Positions 1 to 10,357 of a stretch of DNA of 64,000 bases are shown here, one piece after another. The position numbers and the translations under genes were made by a program. Below the pieces are notes generated by a model, which saw nothing but the letters and a program-made list of their open reading frames with translations, did no database searches and had not been told where the DNA came from. Position 1 is the stretch's first letter. Every line of letters begins with the position of its first letter. Source of the stretch: Haliotis rubra (taxonomy: Eukaryota); assembly GCF_003918875.1 (NCBI RefSeq), contig NW_025767086.1:620001-684000 (forward strand). Reading direction: 5' to 3'.

Positions 1-1
1 C

Positions 2-569
2 ACACTTATCATACCATCGGGGTATCCTCTGTCAGGGGAGGTAACTCTGACTGACATCAAGGGACATTCGGGTACAGACCTAACAGACTTGCAGGTAATA
101 TAATTAAAATCTACAGAAATTCTCAATGTATCAGTATCATGTCATGTCAATAAATCAGTCCATCAGTTTCTATAGTTTAGATAGTGGAGCCGGGTCCTTC
201 AGCTTTAAACATAAGTGCTGTTGTAACAACTCTTTGAATCCGTATGTTACAGCAGGGTATTGTCTTCGCTAATATACATTAATGATCTCACTGGCGGGCA
301 TTACGGCAGAACCATGCTAGAAGCCTCTTACACCTGTAGTCTCATGTTTACCTCTGTACCATAAGACTGCTGTAAAGAATGAGAGTTTCAGCTACCGTAT
401 TGTCAAGGCACCCAAGCTTTGTATGTCAGTTTTAATATTAACAGTATGGATGGTGTGGTGCCTGCCCTCGAGACTGACCAATATCCTGTTTCTTCCCCAG
501 CCAGCAGGGTGTGAGAGGGGCTTGACTGCCTGGGCCGAGATGCTGGAGGAGAAGTTCGGGCGGCCATGA
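2..569 (+). CDS. 3' end (last two coding exons) of an unidentified gene entering from the left edge
   Basis: Exon <2-94 reads TLIIPSGYPLSGEVTLTDIKGHSGTDLTDLQ and ends at a CAG|gtaata donor (phase 0). The acceptor ttcttccccag| precedes exon 501-569, PAGCERGLTAWAEMLEEKFGRP*. AATAAA follows at ~633. Product not recognised. Confidence 0.5.
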
Positions 570-1670
570 TCACGTCACATCACAGCTGTACAGACATTAC
601 ATTGTAAATATCATCACTTTTGTAGATATGGCAATAAATGACAACTCAACCATGAAAGTACTGTTTTATTTAGGTGTTTGAAATAACAGGGAATCCTACA
701 GTGTGTGGAATCTTGGAACCCCCTAAATCTTGACTTTGGTTTCATTTTGTAAACTGTTTGTTCCAGTTTACAGTTGTTTACAGACAGTGTGGTCATGTAG
801 GGGCAGTAAACTTGCTACACTGCTCCATTCACATGAACAGGGCATTACTGGGTGGTCAGTACTAGGTCTGGTGCTGATACATTACACAAGCGAAGGGATG
901 AAAAGCAGGATAGATATTCAAGTCATTCAATTCATGTGAATTGTAGATTTTAACCGATATTTTTAACTGAAGTTCTGATTTTCTTCTGCCTTCCATCTAT
1001 GAATGACATACAGCTCCCAAACGTGCGATGATATAGCATCAATAAATTGAAGAAAAATGTGACACAGATTGTTCACCTGGAACCCTTCACAAATTGGACA
1101 GGTTTATCACTTAATGTCATAATAAAATAAAGAAGTTGTTATTCATAAAGTATTATAGTTTTTTCACTTGAGTTAAGTAAACCTACATTCAATACCTCAT
1201 TGTAGATACAGTTTTCAAAGTAAGAGCATGAAGGCCGTGTTGGAAACTACATACATGTAATCTATTGGTCAGCTGATAGTGGTTAAAGTTATGTTTGTCT
1301 TGCAAAGGTCTAGGTTCCATTCCTCGCATGGGAACACCATTTGAAGCCCACTTTTGGTGTCAATTGCCATTAAATTACTGGAATATTACTTAAAATGCAG
1401 TAAAAGCAAACTAAGTCATTGTCAGGTTAACATTTTCATTCATAGCTGGGCAACTCATGGAAACAGGAACTTTGTGAGGGCACCCAGTGAGATGCAGTTT
1501 TCCACTAGAAGCCAAGACTTTTCTATTTGTTATCAGTTTGTGAAGGGTTCAATACTGGCTGCCCAATAGTTCAAGGAACATCATGTGAGAGTCCACACGT
1601 GACAGAAGATTATGGCGCATCAGGAAATAGATAAGAAAACAATATTTCCAATGTTGTGTCTGCTGTACTT

Positions 1671-4600
1671 TCACTCCTCCTCGTCTTCCTTGTCCTTCAG
1701 CAAGTAGAGCTTACAGTCAAACACACGTTCCTTGGCCCCGACCTTCTGGCGGAACAGCTGGGCCTGCCTCCAGGCCGTGGTGCCAGAACCCCCGCTGACT
1801 GTGGCTTCCAGGACTATGACCTGGCTTCTCTTCATGTTGATGGAGCGGGTTTTGTACAAATATTCACCTGGGGCAGAGCAGTAGATTATTTAGAACAGTA
1901 GACAATAATCAAATTGTCAAGCTTTTCTTCATCTCAACATAAAACTGAAATTGTTACTGTGAAATGAGGTTAATTTGGGACCTGGCTCACCACAAACACT
2001 CCCTGTGTGTCAATCACTGATTTGCCACATGATTTTACTTTGAATCTGCTTTGGTTTGATTATGTTATATTCTCCATATCTCCTACCTTGGTGTGTGACA
2101 GATTTGTCATCAGCATAGATTTTCCAAACAACTTGACCATCTCCATATTTCTTGCATTTAGCCATCAAAGCCATCTTCTGTACACACATCCCCGAGTCTG
2201 TAAAATAAAAAATTGATATTAGGGTTGTAACGTTTTATAAATGAATCAGCTAGATTTTATTTGGTTCAAGGTAATGCAGTTTGCATCAATACAGTCTCAG
2301 CCGCACAATCAGCTTGTTTGAGGCTCTCAAAAACACGTAAACATCCCAAAATGTGCCCCATGCATGAGATTGAGTATGGTTTTACACTGCTTTAGCAATG
2401 TTCCAGCAATATCATGGAGGCGGACTCTCCCTGCATGAACACCCACAACTTGTGAATCAGTTTTAAAGTCAAGGAGAAAAATGTATTGGAAATGCATTGT
2501 TTTTTGAACTTAATAAGAAGCACATGTTTTTATTCGTCTGTGTTAGAAAGGCAAAATGTGCTTCAGAAACAGCTTTGTATCGACTCCCAAGATCGCTTTT
2601 TGTTTTACATACAAAACCAAGTGGTAATATATAATAGATCGATGGATGACATAAGATCACATAACTAAATGCTAGGCAACAATAATAGTTATGATTTGAT
2701 GAAAACGGACACATGATTTATTGGGGATGCATCCGTTTGTTTTGTTTTGATGAACCCACAACAGCCTGCAGCTCAAACTGAATATTAGGTTTATATGTCG
2801 GAGCCAAGTCATGCTTCACATTCCTCAAATTCCGTATGTCCAGTCCCGGGATCAAGAAGACAAGAAGGACACCAGTATCCCATTTTTGTCCACTATGAAT
2901 GAAGTACCCAAACGACGTGGAAAGTAACTCTACCACTGATTTGTCCAATCGAGAGTCTAATATATTCAGGGCGTCATCGTGGGTCTGAAATGTTTCACTT
3001 ACCTGTTAGATCAATCTTCCACCTATAGACCGCCTCATTTCGACCTTCCTCTCGGGCCCAGTACACCATCCCCTCATCCACCTCCCGCTGTGCTCCCTCG
3101 CTCTGGTACAGTCCACTCAGCAGACCCTTTATGTCCGTACCAGACGATTTCCGGTGATAGGTGTCTTGGTCACAAAAGTAGCGGAGCTGGAAGAGTTGCA
3201 TCTTTTTCTCGAGGGTAGTCAGACGGTACACCATTGTGTAGGCGGAGTTCTGGAAAACACGAAGTTGAATAAAGAATGTCATAGGGAGCTCTGGAAAACA
3301 CAGACCAGAATAAAGGATGTCGAAGAGAGTTCTGGAAAACACAGGACTGAATAAAGAATGCCATAAAGAGTTCTGGAAAGCACGCGATAGAATAAGAATG
3401 CCAAAGGGAGTTCTGGAAAACACGGGACAGACCAAAGGAAGTCAATCGGAGTTCTTGAAAATACAGACCAGAATAGAGAATGTTATAGGGAGTTCTGGAA
3501 AACATGGGACAGAATAAAGAATGTCATAGCAAGTTCTGGAAAACACAGGATAGACCAGGGAGTGTCATAGGGAGTTCTGGAAAACATGGAGCAGTATGAA
3601 AAGTATCACAGTTAGGTCTGGAAAATGCAAGATTCATACAGTTGAATGTGATCATCTATACTGACGTACAGGACTGACTCAACACCAAGAGGGCCGCCCT
3701 TCCCGCCTTCACGACACGTCTGGTATCGTCAGACGATGACATCCAAGATCGCGTGCAGCTCTGAGTAGTGAAGGGGAAGGTCATTGCTATGCATGGATGG
3801 TCCAGTGTCACCGATAATGTTTCAACAGCATCCTAGCCGCGAATAGGTGCAATATTGCAGAAACGACTTAAAGAAGAACTTCCACTCACTCACTCACTTA
3901 ATCTCAAACAGCATGCAGTTTACTGCACCCACCATATGCAGTTTGGCTTCAAAGGGGTATGTATCAGTATCAACAAATGACTGCTTGAACAGGTGCGCGT
4001 CCTTCCACGTGCCCCCGTGTATCTCGGCAATGATCGTGATACTGCTGTAGCCCTGGACGTCCACGGTGAACGTTGACAGCAAGTCGGCAGCTGGAAGAAA
4101 ATATGAAGGAGGTATCAACAACTTGGATTAACTCAACTATATAGACACATTTACAATGACCCTGAAACCAACGAGAAATCCCTTTTTACCGTCTAATGTC
4201 TGTGACTTGTCACCGCAGACGATCTTCCAGGTGACTTTGGCTTCTCCTGTGGCGTGACTCACAGCTCGAAGTTCAAGACTTTTGCCATGGACACCGGTTC
4301 CTGAAAACAATTAGATGCGCGAGACGTGGAATCAGATGACAAAAATAACATTCCCTAATATCAACTTTCAAAGTTAATTCACAGCGCACTTTTGCAAAGG
4401 GATGTCAACGAACCCTAGAGAAACCAAACTAAAGAAACCTCTTTTGAGGTTTCAGATGCTTACAGTTAGTGAATGTTGTTAAAACTGTAACTGATCGAAT
4501 CAAGACCAGACACACTCGCCCGTTAAAGCATGAGCGATGGTCTGTACAATCAGCACACAGTTATACACAAATAAATTGAACATCCGATGCCTAATTTTGT

Positions 4601-5019
4601 CGGACTACGACAAGCGACAAGAGATTCCAAGCAACTACTTTGATCCAAAATCCTAAAGGTGAAGTCCTGAGACGAATTGACGCTTAGAGTGTGCATGCAT
4701 TGGTGTAAAAAATCTGAACGCAATATGACGTTTGATTTCTATATTTTGAACCTTCCAGGTCGATCTTCCATGCAATGGAAGAGGTTTCCTGGTCCTCCTG
4801 ACGTGCAAGAAAGGCGCACATAGCATCTTGGTCCTCGTGACGGTACATCCGGGGCTCTCCATAAGTCAGGTTGCGCCATCCAGTGTTCCTCCTTGTTGTA
4901 GCAGACGACACCCGCTCATACATGTCCTTGGCGCAACTGTACCGGAAGTGGAACACGTGATCTTGGATGTCATCGTCTGACGGTACTAGACGTGTCGTGA
5001 AGGCGGGAAGGGCGGCCAT
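1671..5019 (-). CDS. Tandem double PAW-domain protein (PNGase C-terminal mannose-binding-like domain x2), ~363 aa, NGLY1-derived paralog with no PUB or catalytic domain
   Basis: Exons 5019-4752, 4300-4190, 4090-3933, 3249-3003, 2197-2087 and 1867-1671 total 1092 nt, open, all GT-AG. Repeat 1: ..VFHFRYSCAKDMYER..AFLARQED..WKIDLE|GTGVHG..VTWKIVC..|..GGTWKDAHLFKQ..PFEAKLHM. Repeat 2: ..LFQLRYFCDQDTY..MVYWAREEG..WKIDLT|DSGMCV..VVWKIY..|..GGSGTTAWRQAQLFRQ..VFDCKLYL. Both align with the NGLY1 PAW exons, with the same phase-1 introns and a 111-nt middle exon. An alternative model is two single-PAW genes (5019-3894 and 3234-1671). Confidence 0.8.
3241..3630. repeat. Minisatellite, ~10 copies of a ~41-bp unit (gggagttctggaaaacacgggacagaataaagaatgtcata-like)
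   Basis: The ctggaaaa core recurs at 3250, 3291, 3332, 3373, 3413, 3454 (variant), 3495, 3536, 3577 and 3618. Confidence 0.9.
3650..3755 (+). repeat. Inverted duplicate of the 5' end of the double-PAW gene (partner 4954-5062)
   Basis: gatcatctatactgacgtacaggac..caccaagAGGgccgcccttcccgcc..ccaagatcgcgtg is the reverse complement of 4954-5062, with about 4 substitutions and a 3-bp deletion. Confidence 0.9.
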
Positions 5020-5282
5020 CTTGGTGTTGAGTCAGTTGTCCTGTACGTCAGTATAGATGATCCAATTGATCTGAGTCAATGAACAACAATAGAGGAAATA
5101 TGAGGAATGTATATTGCACTACATTTCTGAATCGATAATTTGCTCATGAAAATATTTTTATGCAGTTTTGAAATGCTTTACCGTTCTCCGTTTACGACAC
5201 TCTTACAACGTGTAGTCCTACACTGAAAATGTAAATCAGTACAGTCTACCTATCGCACTTGGACTGTGGGAGACGCTAAAGT

Positions 5283-5490
5283 TTGTATGTTTGTTTGTTG
5301 TTGTTTGTTTAACGTCGCACCAAATGACATGGTCTCAAAATAACCCAGTTTCGACCAGATAAACCAGTGATTAACATAACGAGTATCGAGATAAGTAACA
5401 CGATGACAATCAAACAGGACAGCGCAGGTGTGCTCGGTCGCCCCTTACGACAAGCACGTGCTATTGAAGACTACTTCTACCCGAGGAAAC
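5283..5490 (-). mobile_element. Degenerate SINE, family A
   Basis: Diverged match (..gaccagataaaccagtgattaacataacgagtatcgag..gtcgccccttacgacaagcac..) to the copies at 14699 and 52343, with a (tttg)n tail. Confidence 0.55.
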
Positions 5491-5834
5491 GCGACAGTAA
5501 GAGGCTTAGAGAAAGTTACGTCAGAACACTCCGTTCGTTCATTCAGGAATGAAAGCTTTTTAACACCGCTGTAAGCAATATTACAGCGATACGCACCTAC
5601 AGAATACACTGGATGATACATACCAGTGGTTGAAAGCTTGGATACCAATCCACCCATGAGGTGTTTATTACGGGTGCCACAAGCAAGTAAGGATATGCTT
5701 ACTGGTATCATCACTATTGTGACTGTGATTCATGAACTCATGATGCAGTCGGAAATGTACTATGGACTATGCTTTTACCAGAGGTATCTTACGTCACTTT
5801 CATTTACAACCCGAACCCGTTTAGTCTGTTCTTA

Positions 5835-5983
5835 GAGTGAGTGAGTTTGTGAGTATGGTTTTACGCCTCTTTTAGCATTATTCCAACACGGCGGTGGACA
5901 CCACAATTGGGCTTCACACATTGTCCCCATTTGGGGTCTTCGGCGTGACGAGCGAACGCTTTAACCACTAGGCTACCCCACCG
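5835..5983 (-). mobile_element. tRNA-derived SINE, family B
   Basis: Reverse complement has the head ggtggggtagcctagtggttaaagcgttcgctcgtcacgccgaagacc and a (actc)n tail. Confidence 0.8.
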
Positions 5984-6297
5984 TGAGTATGAGATACTGG
6001 AGATCTATCCTAATACGAAAGCCCACACTGCTTAAATATAAGCGATAGTCTTTCTTATCTTATGGTAATGCACGAATATACTACACTACTATGGGACACA
6101 CATACCAATACTGAACATGAGATGTGAAACGTGACCGCCAGAAAATCTCAGTTGTCTGCCGAAAATACAAGGAACACTATATAATTTTCTTTATCTTTCA
6201 TTCAAAGATATTTGTTTTCATTAATCTTGATTCCCAGCTTCAATGAAATGATAATAATACTAACATAGTATTTTACAACTGAGCGCAGATAGACATA

Positions 6298-7776
6298 TAC
6301 TGAAAGCCATTTAAAACGCAATTGGTATTTGTTGTCCTGGAACTTACAAAAGTTCTATTGTATATTTTTTTCCTGCGATACAGAGGATGTAGGGATAAAA
6401 GGTTGTTATTCTGACCCATGTCAAGCTCGAGTCCCAGAGCATTCCTCTCATATGAACTTTGATGCTTAAAACCAGGGATAATCTACAGCACGTCTTCTAT
6501 TCTCCCTGTTAAAACTGAACCTTTGACATTTCTCGTAAACACAACCACATTCATGAAACACGTGTTGCACGTGCATTACCTGCACCCAGGCCCTTGAAAA
6601 GCACAAGTAATTGTGAAACTCAATCACTTTGAGAAAATGCCACGCTTGACACAAGACGAAAGGAATCAGGCTATTGGTATGGTCAGTCAAGGTGCTTCAG
6701 ATGTGATGATTGCCAGGCAGTTTAATGTGCATCCATCCACTGTTGGTCGAATCAGACAATGTTTTCGGGACACCGGAAGTGTTGCTGATCGTCCGCGACC
6801 TGGTGCACCACCTGCGACGACAGCTCGACAGGAACGAGTTTCACACTTGCGAAATCGGTTCCAAACAGCTGCTGATACGGCAAGGAGGACAATTGGGACA
6901 AGACAACGTCATGTCAGCGCCCAAACGGTGCGGAGACGCCTTGCTGTCTTCAACATCCGGTGTCGTCGCCCGTACCGTACCGTGGTCCAACCTTATTGCA
7001 TCGCCACTGACTTGCCACACAGCGATAGGCAGCTAATGGGACCAATCTTGCTAACAGGCCATAGCGAGATGTCATATTTTCCAGGTCATTAATCCAGGTT
7101 TAACGTATCCTTTGCAAACGGATTTACCGACGTCGAGGCGAAAGACTAGCTAAACTGTGTCCTTCAATGCCAACTTCCGATCCCAGATGGTAGTGGTTAA
7201 CGGCAATCTGAATGCTCAACGTTTTGAGGACAATATCATTCGTCCGGCTGTACTCACAATGATGGATCAACATGGCGGTCATAACCATTTTGTGTTTCAG
7301 CATGATAATGCAGCCAGGGTAACAATGGATTTGTTTTAAATAATGAGAATGTTCGTGTGATGGACTGGCCTTAATTGTGCCCAGACATGAATCGAGCATC
7401 TGTGGAATGAATTTGGACGGCGAGTTCGAAATCAACTTGTGCCACCAAGGACAGTTGCTGAATTGACACAGGCCCTTCAACATCACTGGCAGACCATCCC
7501 ACAGCTATTCCTGAGACATCTGTGTCTTTCAATGCCTCGAAGACTGCGAGCATGTCTTGCAGCGCACGGTGGACACACGATATTGATTGCAAGTGACCCC
7601 TTCTTTGTTTGATGTCGTTGTTGCGTCACTGATGTTGTTGTTGATTGGACATTTTCAGATGAAATTATTCACAGATGTTCAATTAAAACATATCTGCCAG
7701 TTACATTTATATATGTTGACATTTGTGTGGGTAAAGAAAGTATGAATGTCAAATTGCGTTTTAATGACTTTCAGTA
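6298..7776 (+). mobile_element. Tc1/mariner DNA transposon, full length but decayed
   Basis: TIRs tactgaaagccatttaaaacgcaatt / aattgcgttttaatgactttcagta, flanked by TA. Broken transposase: MPRLTQDERNQAIGM HTH region, FQHDNA, IEHLWNE and GGHTRY pieces lie in different frames. Confidence 0.9.
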
Positions 7777-8709
7777 TATATGCGAGAATACTAATGTTAG
7801 TGGTGAAGGACAAAAGTGTGTACACGAGATTCTGTCAAAGTAAACGGTTTTTTTTTGCGAACACTAAAAACATGTCAACCATTCCGATTAATTTAAAATG
7901 TATGCATTAATACCATGATGTTGAACCTTTGTATCACGTTACAATACATGCCACATTTCTGAAATCGGGCAAGCTGCTATGTGGCATTGCAGAATAGAAA
8001 TGTCACATACATTACAGATAAGACATTTATAATTCACATATTTTAGATGATTAGGGTACGGTGTATCTGCGTTTCGATCTGTTTCAGACTGTTCTTTATA
8101 ACGCGACAGGAATACAGCCAGCGATAATGGCCACATCGTTTGCATCAACTGTGATGCTTGGGACCAATATGCTTGTTTTAAGTTCATGTTACCCATAAGC
8201 TTAAGATATGTATGTATGATTTATCTGTTAGTTTAAATTTTGAAACGCAAATTAACGTTTTAGCCTGAGGCTTCTATATTTAGTGTACAGCAGTAATCTT
8301 TTTCTGTTATCCACATGTATCTCTGCGCCATGTTTCGAAAACATAAATCGACATTAGATAAGCAATTTAAACTTATTACAATGACTTATGTGAGTAGTTG
8401 TTCGGAGAAGAAAATGAAAGTACCTGGAGATTCTTGCAGTTATTGGATCGTCAGCATATCAGTAAGGAAGTTTGCTTTAGCTCCACTCAGGGGACGTTTG
8501 GCAGAGCGAGGCCTTCCTGTTCTTCCCTAACAATGACGGAGAACACGCGCTGTGGCGAAGTCTCGCCTATATTTGTATGCACCATGAGATCTACAGACGT
8601 GACATGCTGCTATGTGCTCTGCATTCGTCGGGTAAGAAATATTTTGCCAACAACTGTGTGCTGAATATAATTCTATGACCACAGATGGAGACAACTATAA
8701 AACTATATA

Positions 8710-10200
8710 TACTAGGCACATAAAGAAACTGTGCATACAAAAATTTAAAATCTAAATTTATCAAACCTGTGTAGACACATAAGGATTTAAACTCAGAGAT
8801 TAGTGACATGTATCCAACATGCATGCACGTGCCACGTTCCGTGACGTCAGTGGGTGCGTCCTTGAGACGTGCAATACGTTGTTGCCCATGCATTCCGGGA
8901 AAGAGAAACAGAGCAAATAAATGCCACACAATACTGTCACTTTGGAAAGCTCAACGCCTGCCCTTGCGATCGTTCAAAAAATTAAACGGCTATTGAAACG
9001 CATAGCATGCCATGGCTCACGTCTGCACAACGTCATGAGGCCATTGGCATGGCCCGTGGGGGAATGTCTCAACGACAAGTGGCTGCACATTTCCATTGCA
9101 AGCGGAACACCATTTCTGCACAGGTGAGACGCTACCAGAACACAAATGAGGTCATCGATCGGCCACGTTCTGGACGTCCACGTGTAACAACGCCAAGACA
9201 GGACATATGGATAAGGGTGACCCATCTTCGCCACAGGTTTCAGACTGCAGTGATGACTGCCCGAACCATCCCAGGACTTCGCCGTATCCACCCCAACACA
9301 GTTCGACAACGTTTAAGTCATCACGGGATCAGACCACGACATCCCGCCATACGGCCTATCCTGACACAACGTCATCGACAAGCTCGCCGAATGTGGTGCC
9401 GAAATCATGTCCGCAGACCCTTGTTTTGGTGGAGAAATGTTGTTTTTACAGATGAGTCCAGGTTTAACATTTCCCATAGTGATGGACGTCAACGTGCCTA
9501 TAGACGCGTGGGAGAACGTTATGCACAGGCCTGTGTCTTGGAGAGGAATCGCTTTGGTGGTGGTTCCGTGTTAATTTGGGGTGGAATAACAGCACGCCAA
9601 AGAACTCCTTTGGTGATTGTTCAGGGCAATTTAACTGGTGTGGGCTACAGGGATCAGATTCTTCGACCTGTGGCAATTCCTTTTTTGCAACGTCATGGCC
9701 CTGGGTCAACATTCCAACAGAACAATGCCCGCCCTCATACGGCAAGGGTTGCTATGGATTTCTTGCAAAACCACAACGTTGACTTACTGCCTTGGCCTGC
9801 AAATTCACCGGATCTCTCCCCGATAGAGCATGTTTGGGAAGAGATGGATCGACGTCTACGCCGTCTTCCTCATCCGCCAGATAACGTCCTTGACCTTGCA
9901 GCAGAACTTGAGAGAATCTGGCGTGAAATCCCACAAGCCTTCCTTGCACGTTTTATAGGCTTTATGCATCGTCGATGCACTGCTGTTCTCAATGCCGATG
10001 GCGGACATACCCGTTATTGAGCTTGTGACATGGTCGTTTGACCCCTGTCCCGCTTGTGGACTCGTGACGTCATTGTGATTGACTTTTCAATTGAAATTCT
10101 CCCGACTTGTTATGGTCTCATGATCCCTCCATTAAAGTTTATATGTACCTTTGACATTGTTATCGTACTTATCAACTGGGATAATATTTTGACAATGCAC
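8710..10200 (+). mobile_element. Tc1-family DNA transposon; right end lost in the assembly gap
   Basis: Probable left end ta|tactaggcacataaagaaactgtgca. Contains the full transposase ORF 9007-10020. Confidence 0.8.
9007..10020 (+). CDS. Tc1 transposase (DD34E class), 337 aa, second catalytic Asp changed to Asn
   Basis: Paired-like HTH N-terminus, VFTDESRF, GGGSVLIWGGI, FQQNNARPH (normally QDNA), WPANSPDLSPIEHVW and terminal GGHTRY. There are 34 residues between the N and the E. Confidence 0.92.
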   Translation: MPWLTSAQRHEAIGMARGGMSQRQVAAHFHCKRNTISAQVRRYQNTNEVIDRPRSGRPRVTTPRQDIWIRVTHLRHRFQTAVMTARTIPGLRRIHPNTVRQRLSHHGIRPRHPAIRPILTQRHRQARRMWCRNHVRRPLFWWRNVVFTDESRFNISHSDGRQRAYRRVGERYAQACVLERNRFGGGSVLIWGGITARQRTPLVIVQGNLTGVGYRDQILRPVAIPFLQRHGPGSTFQQNNARPHTARVAMDFLQNHNVDLLPWPANSPDLSPIEHVWEEMDRRLRRLPHPPDNVLDLAAELERIWREIPQAFLARFIGFMHRRCTAVLNADGGHTRY

Positions 10201-10357
10201 NNNNNNNNNNNNNNNNNNNNNNNNNNNNNNNNNNNNNNNNNNNNNNNNNNNNNNNNNNNNNNNNNNNNNNNNNNNNNNNNNNNNNNNNNNNNNNNNNNNN
10301 NNNNNNNNNNNNNNNNNNNNNNNNNNNNNNNNNNNNNNNNNNNNNNNNNNNNNNNNN
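10201..10357. other. Assembly gap (N run)
   Basis: 157 consecutive N. Confidence 1.

Noticed and set aside
3250-3505. ORFs 2995-3435 (upstream part), 3170-3505 and 3317-3517 as separate proteins
   Set aside because: They are translations of the 41-bp minisatellite. Only 3249-3003 is PAW-homologous.
3894-3932. VGAVNCMLFEIK* as the true C-terminus of PAW repeat 1
   Set aside because: Disfavoured but not excluded. It begins at a gtgggt donor, extends past the homologous domain end, and stops in a SINE tail.
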